Shown here piece after piece: positions 29,484-38,623 of a stretch of 64,000 nucleotides of DNA. How positions within the stretch are numbered: position 1 is the first letter of the stretch; each line of letters begins with the position of its first letter. A program made the translations under genes and the position numbers. Source of the DNA: Alphaproteobacteria bacterium (lineage in GTDB: Bacteria > Pseudomonadota > Alphaproteobacteria > UBA7887); assembly GCA_965216755.1 (NCBI GenBank), contig CBDCGL010000011.1, forward strand, positions 64,001 to 128,000, given 5' to 3'. The notes under the pieces are model-generated. The model was not told where the DNA came from. It searched no databases and was given only the letters and a program-made list of their open reading frames with translations.

Positions 29484-30203
29484 TCACGGCACGTCTTCTG
29501 GCTCACCGCGTGCCTTCCAATCCGCGAATTCCTGTTGAACTTTCTCGGATGGTGGATACAGGCCGGGCAAGCGCTCGCCGCCTGCCAATCGGCGTTGCAC
29601 GTAGGCTTCGAGTGAATCCTGTTCGCGGCCGCTCTTGGCAACGTCGGCGGCCAGTTCCGCCGGTACAATGACCACGCCGTCGCCATCCGCCACGACATAA
29701 TCGCCGGGGAAAACGGCGACTCCACCACACGATACGGGTTGCTGCGCGTCGACCAGCATCAATTGCGAGAACGATGCCGGCGCCGCTGCGCCGGCCGAGA
29801 ATAACGGCAAACCAATCTCGCCGATTTCGGCCAGATCGCGCATGCCGCCATCCGTGACAACGCCCGCGATGCCACGTGCCTTTAGTCGGGTGACGATGTT
29901 GCCGCCCAGCATGCCAACATCACGTCTTTGGTTGGCGTCGAGAACCAAAACTGAACCCGGCGGCGCGGTCTCGATCATTTGGGTCATCAAGCTTTCCGGG
30001 TGCGATAGGAGCTGCCTTTCAAAGTGATCTTCGCGCAACGGCAAATATCGAAGAGTGTAAGCGGGCCCGGCGAAACAACAGAACATTGGGTTCACGGGCG
30101 CCACCGATCGGACGCAGGTATTGCGCAATCGGTGGTCCATCAACAAGCGGGTGGTCAGGGTGGGTGTCGACACGCGGCCGATGGCGGCGGCAATGTCGGT
30201 CAT
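29484..30203 (-). CDS. RraA / HMG aldolase family protein
   Basis: GPAYTLRY, GG...RL.ARG.AGVVTDGG.RD, GGVAVFPGD..V.DGDGVV.VP. Confidence 0.88.
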   Translation of the reverse strand: MTDIAAAIGRVSTPTLTTRLLMDHRLRNTCVRSVAPVNPMFCCFAGPAYTLRYLPLREDHFERQLLSHPESLMTQMIETAPPGSVLVLDANQRRDVGMLGGNIVTRLKARGIAGVVTDGGMRDLAEIGEIGLPLFSAGAAAPASFSQLMLVDAQQPVSCGGVAVFPGDYVVADGDGVVIVPAELAADVAKSGREQDSLEAYVQRRLAGGERLPGLYPPSEKVQQEFADWKARGEPEDVP

Positions 30204-30326
30204 GGCGAAATGCTCCCTGAGTCAACGGCGAGGATCGCGACCGCATTAGCCTTACGTCTAGCGATTTCGCAAGGAATACTTCTAATTCGCATCGCCGAGC
30301 GTACCTTCGTCCGCTTGGCGCTGGAC

Positions 30327-30947
30327 TCATTCGCCCATGATGACATATCGCGCCGCGACGACGAGATCTTGAGGCTTGTTGACATTGAAAAACGGATCGT
30401 GCGTCTGAAAAGGAAAATCGACCTCGGCCAGGTCGTGGCGCGCCGTCCAGGTATCCACTTTTCGGAGTTCTTCGCCCACCACGGCCTCTCGCAAGTCTTG
30501 GTATAGCGCGACGGGCCACAATCCAAACACAGGATGAGTCCGGCCACCGGAACGAGCGCACGCAAGCGTGGCGCCATTTGCAATCGCGTCGTGAAGGCGC
30601 GTTACTAAGTCACTGGGAAAGAAAGGGGCGTCCGTCGGAAATGTTGCGACATGGGCACATGCCGGGGCAGCGCTCCGCGCCCATGCCATCGCTGTCAATA
30701 CACCGGCGAGAGGCCCCGCGAAACCGTCGATAATGTCGCCGATAACTGGCAACGCGTAATCTCCAAACCGTTCCGGGTCGCCATTGGCATTTAGCGCAAG
30801 ATGACGAACTTGTGGTCGTGCGCGCGCAATGGCGTGGGACAGCAATGTCTTATTTCCCAACATTCGCAGGCACTTGTCGCCGCCTCCCATGCGTCGCGAT
30901 CGGCCGCCCGCCAACAACACGCCCGCGATATCAAGCGGGACCGTCAA
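30327..30947 (-). CDS. mobA: Molybdenum cofactor guanylyltransferase
   Basis: LAGGRSRRMGGGDK, GPLAG, D.PF.P, FFNVN. Confidence 0.95.
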   Translation of the reverse strand: MTVPLDIAGVLLAGGRSRRMGGGDKCLRMLGNKTLLSHAIARARPQVRHLALNANGDPERFGDYALPVIGDIIDGFAGPLAGVLTAMAWARSAAPACAHVATFPTDAPFFPSDLVTRLHDAIANGATLACARSGGRTHPVFGLWPVALYQDLREAVVGEELRKVDTWTARHDLAEVDFPFQTHDPFFNVNKPQDLVVAARYVIMGE

Positions 30948-31821
30948 TCTGTCCGGCCTTGCGTTGAACTCTCACGTCTTCTTCTGATATTCGTTCTATG
31001 TCGGCGTCATAAATCAGTCGGTTGTCGCCCGCCACGGCGATAAAGCGCTTGCCCTTGGCCCTGCCGATCAGAGTGAGGTCCGCTTGCCGTGCAAGCTCAA
31101 TTCCCCAAGCCGTGAAGCCGGAGCGCGATATGAGGATAGGAATGCCCATCTGCACCGTCTTGATGACCATTTCACTGGTCAAACGGCCGGTCGTATAGAA
31201 AATCTTGTCCGCGGCGGTTATGTCATTGAGAAACATGTAGCCAGCGATTTTGTCGACGGCATTGTGACGACCCACATCCTCCATGTAGATCAAAGGCTGA
31301 TCCTGTTGACATAGTGCGCAGCCATGGATCGCCCCGGCTTCCAGATATAAGCTCGGAGTCGTGTTGATCGATTTGGTAATGGCATAAAGCCAGGACGTCC
31401 GCAGTTTTGCGTCGGTCGGCAGAACCACATGCTCAAGAGCTTCCATGACATCGCCAAAAACGGTGCCTTGCGCGCAGCCCGAAGTTCGCGTTTTTTTGCG
31501 GAGTTTGTCTTCAAAATCAGTTTCACGCGCGGTGCGTACGACAATTACGTCAATGTCGCCGTCATAATCGATCGAAGTGATCTCATCATCTTGACGCAAC
31601 ATGTTCTGGTTCAATAGAAAACCGATTGCCAGGTAATCTGGATAATCGCCGATCGTCATCATTGTGACGATCTCTTGGCTATTGAGAAAAAGCGTCAACG
31701 GTCGTTCCGTTGGGGCTTTGGTCTCAATGGTCCGGCCTTGTTGGTCTGTTGCGATTACGGTTTCTGTCAGCCGAGGATCACCGGGATCGGGTTTCACAAC
31801 AAATTCGGTCATGGCCGCCAC
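30931..31821 (-). CDS. fdhD: Formate dehydrogenase accessory sulfurtransferase
   Basis: TSGCAQG, GAIHGC, EDVGRHNAVDK, TGRLTSEMV. Confidence 0.95.
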   Translation of the reverse strand: MAAMTEFVVKPDPGDPRLTETVIATDQQGRTIETKAPTERPLTLFLNSQEIVTMMTIGDYPDYLAIGFLLNQNMLRQDDEITSIDYDGDIDVIVVRTARETDFEDKLRKKTRTSGCAQGTVFGDVMEALEHVVLPTDAKLRTSWLYAITKSINTTPSLYLEAGAIHGCALCQQDQPLIYMEDVGRHNAVDKIAGYMFLNDITAADKIFYTTGRLTSEMVIKTVQMGIPILISRSGFTAWGIELARQADLTLIGRAKGKRFIAVAGDNRLIYDADIERISEEDVRVQRKAGQIDGPA

Positions 31822-31929
31822 TATGGATCAGACCTCGCCCCAATGGGAAGTGGTCCGAGGCGGACGCAATCGGACTTTTCGCTTCCGCCGGCGGCGCCTA
31901 GACTGTCTGTCGATGCGAGGACCCAATAG

Positions 31930-33969
31930 ATGAAAGCCGGAAACAGGCGGGTCTTGGTTTGTGATTGTGGCGGCACCATGCATTTGGACGGTCGGCGCAT
32001 CGCGGACACCCTTGACCAATCCGATCCGCCCACAATTCACCAGGCGTTGTGCCGCCGGCAGATCGGGGCGTTCGAGGATGCGCTGCATTCCGGCGAGCCG
32101 CTCTTGGTCGCTTGTACTCAGGAAGCGCCAGCGTTCACAACGGTGGCCGGACCAAGTGGGGCCGATAATCGCCTTCGCTTCGTGAACATACGAGAACGCG
32201 CCGTCTGGAGCGATGATGCGAAGACGTCCGGGACACAAGCGAAGGTCGCGGCGTTGTTGGCGGACGCCGCGGTCGATGAAGCACCGACGCCGACGCTGGA
32301 GCTGACCTCCACTGGTCGAACCTTGATCTATGGCGGCGGCCAAGTTGCTCTAGATGCGGCTGCGCAAGTTGCCGGGCGCCTTGCGAGCGTCGTCGTACTT
32401 GCCGACGCCGAAGGGATCCCACCGCCGCGACGCCTTGCTGTTCCAATTTATCGCGGCACTATCGCGACCGTCAGCGGACATTTCGGAGCTTTCGAGGTCC
32501 GCTTCGAAAGCTATGCACCGGCGGATCCCTCATCTCGACGTGATCTGCAGTTTGTCGAACCGGCCTACGCGAGTGAGAGCAGCTTCGACCTTATCATCGA
32601 CTTGTCGGGTGGAGCGGCTCTGCTTTCGGCGCCTGAGAAACGCGAAGGGTATTTTCGAGCTGACCCGGCACGGCCGGGGGAGGTGCAAATCGCGTTGTTA
32701 CAGGCAACGGATCTTGTCGGCACATTCGACAAGCCACGATATGTCGCGTTCAAGAAGTCTTTGTGCGCCCATAGCCGCAGCCACAAAGTCGGTTGTACCC
32801 GCTGTGTTGATGTTTGTCCGGTAGGTGCGATCGCTTCAAACGGCGATGCTGTGGCCATTGACCCTCATGTGTGTGCGGGTTGTGGTCAGTGTGCGGCCGC
32901 TTGTCCCACTGGCGCCGCGACCTATCAGCTGCCGCCATCGGATGCGACCTTCGTGCGCTTACGCGCGCTGTTCACAACACATCGCGCCGGTGGTGGTGAG
33001 GCGCCAATCCTTCTGTTTCATGACGGCGACCAAGGCGACGAAATGATCTGTGCCATCGGACGATTCGGTCGCGGCCTGCCGGCGCGCGTGTTGCCGTTCA
33101 GCCTGAATGCTGTGACGCAAGTCGGGCTCGATCTCTTGGCGGTCGGATTTGCCTTTGGCGCCGAATCCATCGCAATTCTTGGATCGCGGGTTGCGCCCGA
33201 AGAGCAAACCGCTACTAGTCAGCAGATTGCGTATATGCGGACAATTCTCTATCGGCTCGGCTATGGCGATGGACGCCTTGCCTGGATTGACGATGTCGAT
33301 CCCGACGCGGTCGAATCGCGGCTCTACGAATTGGCCTCACGGGACCGACCGATAATGGCACCGGCGACGTTTCTCGCTCTGGGTAGCAGAAGAGACCGTC
33401 TTTGGTTGGCGCTTGACCATCTTTATCAACATGCGCCGGCGCCAGTCGAACAGCTAGATCTTCCCTTGGGCGCGCCCTTCGGTTCGATCAATGTACAGGC
33501 CGACGGCTGTACCCTTTGCTTGGCTTGCGTGAGCGCTTGCCCCACCGGCGCCATAACAGACAACCCGGAACGGCCCCGGCTGAGTTTCCGTGAGGATGCG
33601 TGTGTGCAATGCGGGTTATGTCGGAACACGTGCCCCGAGGCGGTGATCTCTTTGGAGCCGAGATTGGATTTTACGGCGGAAGCGAAGCGCAGCCGGGTCT
33701 TGCATGAAGAGCCACCGTTTGAGTGTATTCGCTGCGGCAAGCCTTTTGGCGTCGCATCCACAATCGAGCGCATGTTGGTGCGATTGCGCGACCATCCGAT
33801 GTTTTCCGAAACTGCTGGCGCACTCGAGCGGATCAAGATGTGTGAGGATTGCCGAGTCGTCGTGCAGTTTGAAGCCGCTGCGCCCATGGCCACGCGGCCG
33901 CGACCACGGCCGCGAACAACCGATGATTACCGCGACGAGGATTCAGGCGGCAACGAGCCGGGATGTTGA
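31930..33969 (+). CDS. FDH-associated 4Fe-4S polyferredoxin-like protein
   Basis: Multiple CxxCxxCxxxCP motifs, N-terminal CDC, CTQE and NIRE motifs, C-terminal CxxC pairs. Confidence 0.88.
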   Translation: MKAGNRRVLVCDCGGTMHLDGRRIADTLDQSDPPTIHQALCRRQIGAFEDALHSGEPLLVACTQEAPAFTTVAGPSGADNRLRFVNIRERAVWSDDAKTSGTQAKVAALLADAAVDEAPTPTLELTSTGRTLIYGGGQVALDAAAQVAGRLASVVVLADAEGIPPPRRLAVPIYRGTIATVSGHFGAFEVRFESYAPADPSSRRDLQFVEPAYASESSFDLIIDLSGGAALLSAPEKREGYFRADPARPGEVQIALLQATDLVGTFDKPRYVAFKKSLCAHSRSHKVGCTRCVDVCPVGAIASNGDAVAIDPHVCAGCGQCAAACPTGAATYQLPPSDATFVRLRALFTTHRAGGGEAPILLFHDGDQGDEMICAIGRFGRGLPARVLPFSLNAVTQVGLDLLAVGFAFGAESIAILGSRVAPEEQTATSQQIAYMRTILYRLGYGDGRLAWIDDVDPDAVESRLYELASRDRPIMAPATFLALGSRRDRLWLALDHLYQHAPAPVEQLDLPLGAPFGSINVQADGCTLCLACVSACPTGAITDNPERPRLSFREDACVQCGLCRNTCPEAVISLEPRLDFTAEAKRSRVLHEEPPFECIRCGKPFGVASTIERMLVRLRDHPMFSETAGALERIKMCEDCRVVVQFEAAAPMATRPRPRPRTTDDYRDEDSGGNEPGC

Positions 33970-34268
33970 TTTCGGCACATGGCCTCGGCGCGCGAACGGA
34001 AAAGGTTGATCTGGGTCTCTGTGGCGACGTTCTCTTTGATCATGTTGTCGATGACCGCGTAGCGCGCCGCCAAGCACGTGGCGAGGGGGCTGTCGGCCGT
34101 CGTGGTTACCGCGTCATCGGAAAACAGCACCGCAATGTCGTTCCGGTGATAGATGGCCAGCAGCAACAAGCAAAACGCGAATACGGCCCATGCGCCGGCG
34201 CGCGCGGCGACGCCGTCTATGGGCTCATCCTTTTCCGGATCCGGCCGTGTCGTCGTATGTTTCGGCAT
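33927..34268 (-). CDS. Hypothetical single-TM protein with a paired-Cys domain
   Basis: One TM helix then C(LAARYAVIDNM...RSRAEAM)C; overlaps the 3' end of the convergent polyferredoxin gene. Confidence 0.6.
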   Translation of the reverse strand: MPKHTTTRPDPEKDEPIDGVAARAGAWAVFAFCLLLLAIYHRNDIAVLFSDDAVTTTADSPLATCLAARYAVIDNMIKENVATETQINLFRSRAEAMCRNQHPGSLPPESSSR

Positions 34269-34350
34269 GATGTCAACTGCGTAGCGAATCCGCCCCGTAA
34301 CAGGAAGAAACTGGTCCTGGGGTTGCTATTGCGATAGTCTAGCCGCCAGG

Positions 34351-34845
34351 ATGAAGTTACTGATTTACATATTGTTCGCTTCGATCGTCATTGTGGCGAC
34401 CGGTGTCGCGGCTGATGAGGGTTTCGACCCCTGGCAGGCGGTTCGCAACGGCGAGTTCGACCGTGTCTACGCACGTTACGTGCCTCTCGCTGAGGATGGC
34501 AACACTGATGCTCAGCTTTTTCTCGGCAACGTCGCGTCGTTCCGCAATCAAGATGATGAAGCGGTCGAATGGTATCGCCGTGCCGCCGACGGCGGTGACG
34601 CGCAAGCGATGGCGCTCTTGGCAACGTCGTACATGCAAGGCAAGGGCGTCCAACGTGATCCACTGAAAGCCTACGCGTGGTATGCGTTGGCCTCCGAAGC
34701 GGGACATCCGAACGCAGACCGCGCGCGCGATGCCATCGCGACTCAGATGTCCGAGGGGCAGGTAGCCGAAGCCTCGGAATTGGCGGACCAGTGGCGCCTC
34801 AACGGCGTGCCACAAGCGGAAGCTGCCGACGCCGGCCCCGAATAG
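34351..34845 (+). CDS. Secreted Sel1-like repeat protein
   Basis: Signal peptide; AEDGNTDAQLFLG, A..WY..AA.GG...A...L...Y..G.GV..D...AY.W. Confidence 0.88.
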   Translation: MKLLIYILFASIVIVATGVAADEGFDPWQAVRNGEFDRVYARYVPLAEDGNTDAQLFLGNVASFRNQDDEAVEWYRRAADGGDAQAMALLATSYMQGKGVQRDPLKAYAWYALASEAGHPNADRARDAIATQMSEGQVAEASELADQWRLNGVPQAEAADAGPE

Positions 34846-34899
34846 GCACCAGCCTGGCACGGTTATGCGTCTGGACTGCGTTCGCAAAGGCGCTGCAAA

Positions 34900-35424
34900 A
34901 TGGATAGCCGGGTTGCGCTCCTGCGCGGCGACATCACGAAACTGGAGGTCGACATTGTCGTCAATGCGGCCAACGTGTCGCTAATGCCGGGCGGCGGCGT
35001 CGACGGTGCCATTCGACGTGCGGCGGGGGAAGGCCTAAATGATGCTTGTCGCAAGATCGGCGGCTGTCCAACCGGTTCGGCGCGAATTACGGACGGCTAT
35101 GGCCTGTCGGCGAAGTGGGTCATCCATACGGTCGGGCCCATTTGGCAGGGCGGTTGCAGTGGTGAGCCGGATCTGTTGGCGGGATGCTATCGCACGAGCC
35201 TGACACTGGCTTCGTCAGCCGGCGCGGCGAGTATCGCGTTTCCGGCTATATCAACCGGTATTTACGGATTCCCGCGTGATCGGGCCGCAAGCATCGCGAT
35301 TCGTGCCTGTGACCAATTTTTGGCCGGTGACGAGCTGCTCGAACAGGTCATACTTGTCAGTTTCACGGATAACGACCAACAGTTCTTGACACGCGCAATG
35401 ACCATCTATGACACAGCCGAGTAA
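34900..35424 (+). CDS. Macrodomain O-acetyl-ADP-ribose deacetylase (YmdB/MacroD-like)
   Basis: GDIT, NAAN..L.PGGGVDGAI, HTVGP, ISTGIYGFP. Confidence 0.93.
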   Translation: MDSRVALLRGDITKLEVDIVVNAANVSLMPGGGVDGAIRRAAGEGLNDACRKIGGCPTGSARITDGYGLSAKWVIHTVGPIWQGGCSGEPDLLAGCYRTSLTLASSAGAASIAFPAISTGIYGFPRDRAASIAIRACDQFLAGDELLEQVILVSFTDNDQQFLTRAMTIYDTAE

Positions 35425-36034
35425 GGGGCGGAACGACGACGTTGATGTTGCGGCACGGCGCGTCCTTTCCGACGGTTTTTTCCGACTTTTTGGGTTCACA
35501 CTACGTTATCGCCGGTTCGATGGTCGCTGGAGCCGACATATCGAGCGCGAAGTGCTGCACCGTGGCGACACAACGGGGGTTCTTCTTTACGATCCCAATC
35601 GCGATTCTGTTGTACTTGTTGAGCAATTCCGCGCTGCTGCACTTGTTCACCCGATCCGACCGTGGTTGATCGAGGTCGTCGCTGGAATTATTGACGATGG
35701 TGAGGAAGCGGCCGAAGTCGCACGGCGCGAAGCTCTGGAAGAAGCCGGGATCAAGATCGATCGTTTGTTGCCGATTTGCCGTACATTCTTAAGTCCCGGT
35801 GGGTTGACGGAACGCATCAATTTGTTCTGCGGGCTTGTGGACTCCGACGACGCTGGTGGAACCCATGGTCTGGAGCATGAGGGTGAGGATACCAGGCCGA
35901 TCGTCATGGCATTTGATGAGGCCGTGCATGAAATCGGCAGAACGATCGTAACGGCCCCGGCCATCATATGCCTCCAGTGGTTGTCGGCTCGGCGCGTGGC
36001 GCTGCGCGATGAAGGTGGTCCACGAAACGGCTGA
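35408..36034 (+). CDS. nudF: ADP-ribose pyrophosphatase (Nudix)
   Basis: EQFR, Nudix box GIIDDGE...ARREALEEAG, SPGG..E, G...EGED. Confidence 0.9.
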   Translation: MTQPSKGRNDDVDVAARRVLSDGFFRLFGFTLRYRRFDGRWSRHIEREVLHRGDTTGVLLYDPNRDSVVLVEQFRAAALVHPIRPWLIEVVAGIIDDGEEAAEVARREALEEAGIKIDRLLPICRTFLSPGGLTERINLFCGLVDSDDAGGTHGLEHEGEDTRPIVMAFDEAVHEIGRTIVTAPAIICLQWLSARRVALRDEGGPRNG

Positions 36035-36049
36035 AAACGGTAATTCGAA

Positions 36050-36400
36050 ATGAGTCAGGTTCGTTCAGCACTATTCGTCTATGTGACTGTTGGCGATGTC
36101 GCGGAAGCCCAACGATTGGGACGGGCGGCCGTCGAGCGAAGGTTGGCCGCCTGCGCCAATATCATCGCTCCAATGCAATCGATTTATCGCTGGCAAGGCA
36201 CGATCGAGCAATCAAACGAAGTGGTTGTTGTCTTCAAGACAACTGAGGTGCGCTGGCCCGCGCTCAAAGCGTGTCTGACCGAGCTTCACCCTTACGACTG
36301 TCCGTGCATCGTGGCGTTGCCGGTCGCTGACGGTCACCACCCTTTCCTGGATTGGATCGGTTCGGAAACCAGCGGCGGTCCGTGTAGTCCGGAAAGCTGA
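36050..36400 (+). CDS. cutA: Divalent-cation tolerance protein CutA
   Basis: RLAACAN, SIYRWQG, E.....KT, HPYDCP. Confidence 0.93.
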   Translation: MSQVRSALFVYVTVGDVAEAQRLGRAAVERRLAACANIIAPMQSIYRWQGTIEQSNEVVVVFKTTEVRWPALKACLTELHPYDCPCIVALPVADGHHPFLDWIGSETSGGPCSPES

Positions 36401-36554
36401 TCAAGCCTGCGACTAATTGTTGTCGCCAAATACACGAATCATCATTTATTGACAAAAATTTATTAAATATTGATTTTTTATAGATAATCGGCTAGTACGT
36501 CACCCAAAAAAACCACAATCTAGGCGGGAAAACTCCCGAAGAAGGAGCGCTATA

Positions 36555-37198
36555 ATGGGCATAAACTTCAATAATTCATTATGTATAGTTGTGCTTTGTG
36601 CGGCTGGGATCATGGCCTCGGGCTGCGCTACCGAGGTGCGGGGCACGACCGAAACTGTTGATGTCAAGACCGATCCAGTTGGCGCGACATGTGAATTCAT
36701 GCGCGGCGGTGAAGTGCTCGGCTCTTTGGTCTCGACGCCCGGCAAATATGAGCTCCGGCGTCACAATGAGCCGGTCCGAGTGACGTGCAGCCTGGAAGGC
36801 TACACGCCAAAGACCAAAACGCTGAATTCTGAGTTCGCGGGGGCGACGTTTGGCAATATTTTGTTGGGCGGCGTGATTGGCGTCGTCGTTGACGCGGCAT
36901 CTGGTGCGAACAACGAGTATCCTGACGAGGTCGATATGATGCTGGTGCCGGCGTCTTCACGTCCGAAGCGAATCGCGATGCCTTCTTTACCCGCTATCGA
37001 GACTACATGGTCGAGAAATATAGCACGGCAATTGCCGAGGCCAATGAGCCTTGTCGTTCCGAAACCCGGACACGTCAGGAAAGCAAGGGCGTTTGCACAA
37101 ACAACGAAAAACTGCTGCTGGAAAAACGAGACGCGGAACTGCAGGCAATTGAATTGCAGCGTACCCAGGCCGAAATCGCACTCCACGATGCGCGTTAG
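36555..37198 (+). pseudogene. Lipoprotein (PEGA-like N-terminus, glycine zipper) interrupted by an apparent 1-bp frameshift near 36955
   Basis: Lipobox ASGC, GNILLGGVIG..VDAASGA..Y motif; a plausible helical C-terminus FTSEANRDAFF...HDAR lies in the -1 frame. Confidence 0.65.
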
Positions 37199-37241
37199 GG
37201 TGCAAATGAGCGCGTCCACGTTTTTGTAATCGCTGTTCGAC

Positions 37242-37275
37242 AAGAAAAATGGCGCCGGCAATTGCTGCCGGCGCC
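37242..37275 (-). terminator. Rho-independent terminator of the metY operon
   Basis: Minus strand GGCGCCGGCA-GCAAT-TGCCGGCGCC followed by ATTTTTCTT. Confidence 0.8.
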
Positions 37276-37300
37276 GCTGTGTCTATCTGCTGATCATCGG

Positions 37301-38623
37301 CTAGATTTGGGCCAGCGCCTGATCCAAGTCATAGATGATATCGTCGACGCTTTCGATGCCGACCGATAGGCGCACCACGTCTGGGCCAGCACCAGCTGCC
37401 TCAAGTTGTTCCTCAGTCAGCTGACGATGAGTGGTTGATGCTGGGTGAATGATCAAGCTACGCGTGTCCCCGATATTGGCGAGATGCGAGAACATTTCGA
37501 CTGCATCCACCACTTTCACGCCGGCATCGAAGCCGCCCTTTACCCCGAAGGTGAAGACCGAACCGGCACCCTTCGGCAGATATTTCTGAGCTAATTGGTA
37601 GTAGGGACTCGATTTGAGGCCCGAATACGAGACCCAAGAAACTTTCGGATGTCCCTGCAAATATTCGGCAACTGTCAGCGCATTCGCGCAATGGCGCTCC
37701 ATGCGCAGCGGCAAAGTCTCGACGCCCTGCAAGAGATTCCACGCGGCCTGGGGCGCCATGGTCGGGCCATAGTCGCGCAACGCCACCGCGCGGACTTTCA
37801 TGGTGAAACCAAAATCGCCGAACGTCTCGGCAAAGGTCAATCCGTGATATGCAGGATCAGGCTGACCGAGCAGTGGAAATTTATCATTTTGCTGCCAGTC
37901 GAACTTGCCCGACTCGACAACGACTCCGCCCATCGTGTTGCCATGGCCGCCAATAAACTTGGTTGTTGAGTGCACGACAATGTCAGCACCCCAATCGAAC
38001 GGCCGGCACAACGCGGGCGAGGCAAGCGTGTTATCCACGACCAACGGTATGCCGTATTTGTTGGCGATCGCTGCGATTGCCTCCAAATCAAGCACAATGC
38101 CGCCAGGATTGGCGAGACCTTCGCAGAATATGAACTTGACGCGGTCGGTCATGGCGGCTTCGAAGTTTGCCGGGTCGGTCGGGTCTACAAAATGGCACTT
38201 CCAGCCAATCCGTTTGAAGCTCACACCAAATTGCGTGACTGATCCGCCGTACAGATTGCGCGAGGAGATGAACTCGTCACCTTCTTGCAGCAACGTGGCG
38301 GCGACCAAAAACTGGGCAGCGTGTCCACTCGCCGCCGCAACCGCGCCGCGACCGCCTTCGAGCGCAGCCACGCGCTCCTCGAACACCGATACCGTCGGAT
38401 TGGTCATCCGCGAATAGACGTACCCGAAAGTCTGTAGATTAAAGAGTTCGGCCGCGTGTTCAGCGTCGTTGAAGACAAAGGAAGTCGTTTGATAAATCGG
38501 TGTCGACCGGGCGCCGGTTACCGGATCTGGTCGCGCGCCAGCGTGAACCGCCAGAGTTTCCATTCCGTAGTCGCGCGGGGCATCCGCATCATCATTGGCA
38601 AGGTCGAATGCTGGATCGCTCAT
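37301..38623 (-). CDS. metY: O-acetylhomoserine aminocarboxypropyltransferase (sulfhydrylase)
   Basis: PIYQTTSF, YSRMTNPT, HSTTKFIGGHG PLP lysine, HLANIGD, RLSVGIE. Confidence 0.93.
   Translation of the reverse strand: MSDPAFDLANDDADAPRDYGMETLAVHAGARPDPVTGARSTPIYQTTSFVFNDAEHAAELFNLQTFGYVYSRMTNPTVSVFEERVAALEGGRGAVAAASGHAAQFLVAATLLQEGDEFISSRNLYGGSVTQFGVSFKRIGWKCHFVDPTDPANFEAAMTDRVKFIFCEGLANPGGIVLDLEAIAAIANKYGIPLVVDNTLASPALCRPFDWGADIVVHSTTKFIGGHGNTMGGVVVESGKFDWQQNDKFPLLGQPDPAYHGLTFAETFGDFGFTMKVRAVALRDYGPTMAPQAAWNLLQGVETLPLRMERHCANALTVAEYLQGHPKVSWVSYSGLKSSPYYQLAQKYLPKGAGSVFTFGVKGGFDAGVKVVDAVEMFSHLANIGDTRSLIIHPASTTHRQLTEEQLEAAGAGPDVVRLSVGIESVDDIIYDLDQALAQI

Noticed and set aside
33958-33972. Polyferredoxin ends in Gly-Cys-TGA, resembling a selenocysteine motif
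   Set aside because: The sequence after TGA is the antisense of the convergent gene, and I recognised no SECIS-like hairpin; treated as a normal stop
34854-34868. TGGCACGGTTATGC sigma54-like site before the macrodomain gene
   Set aside because: GG-to-GC spacing is 9 rather than the required 10 nt
34900-36034. Macrodomain-Nudix pair as an antiphage or toxin-antitoxin system
   Set aside because: No DarT/ART, sirtuin, TIR or TM effector nearby, and both proteins look like canonical housekeeping types
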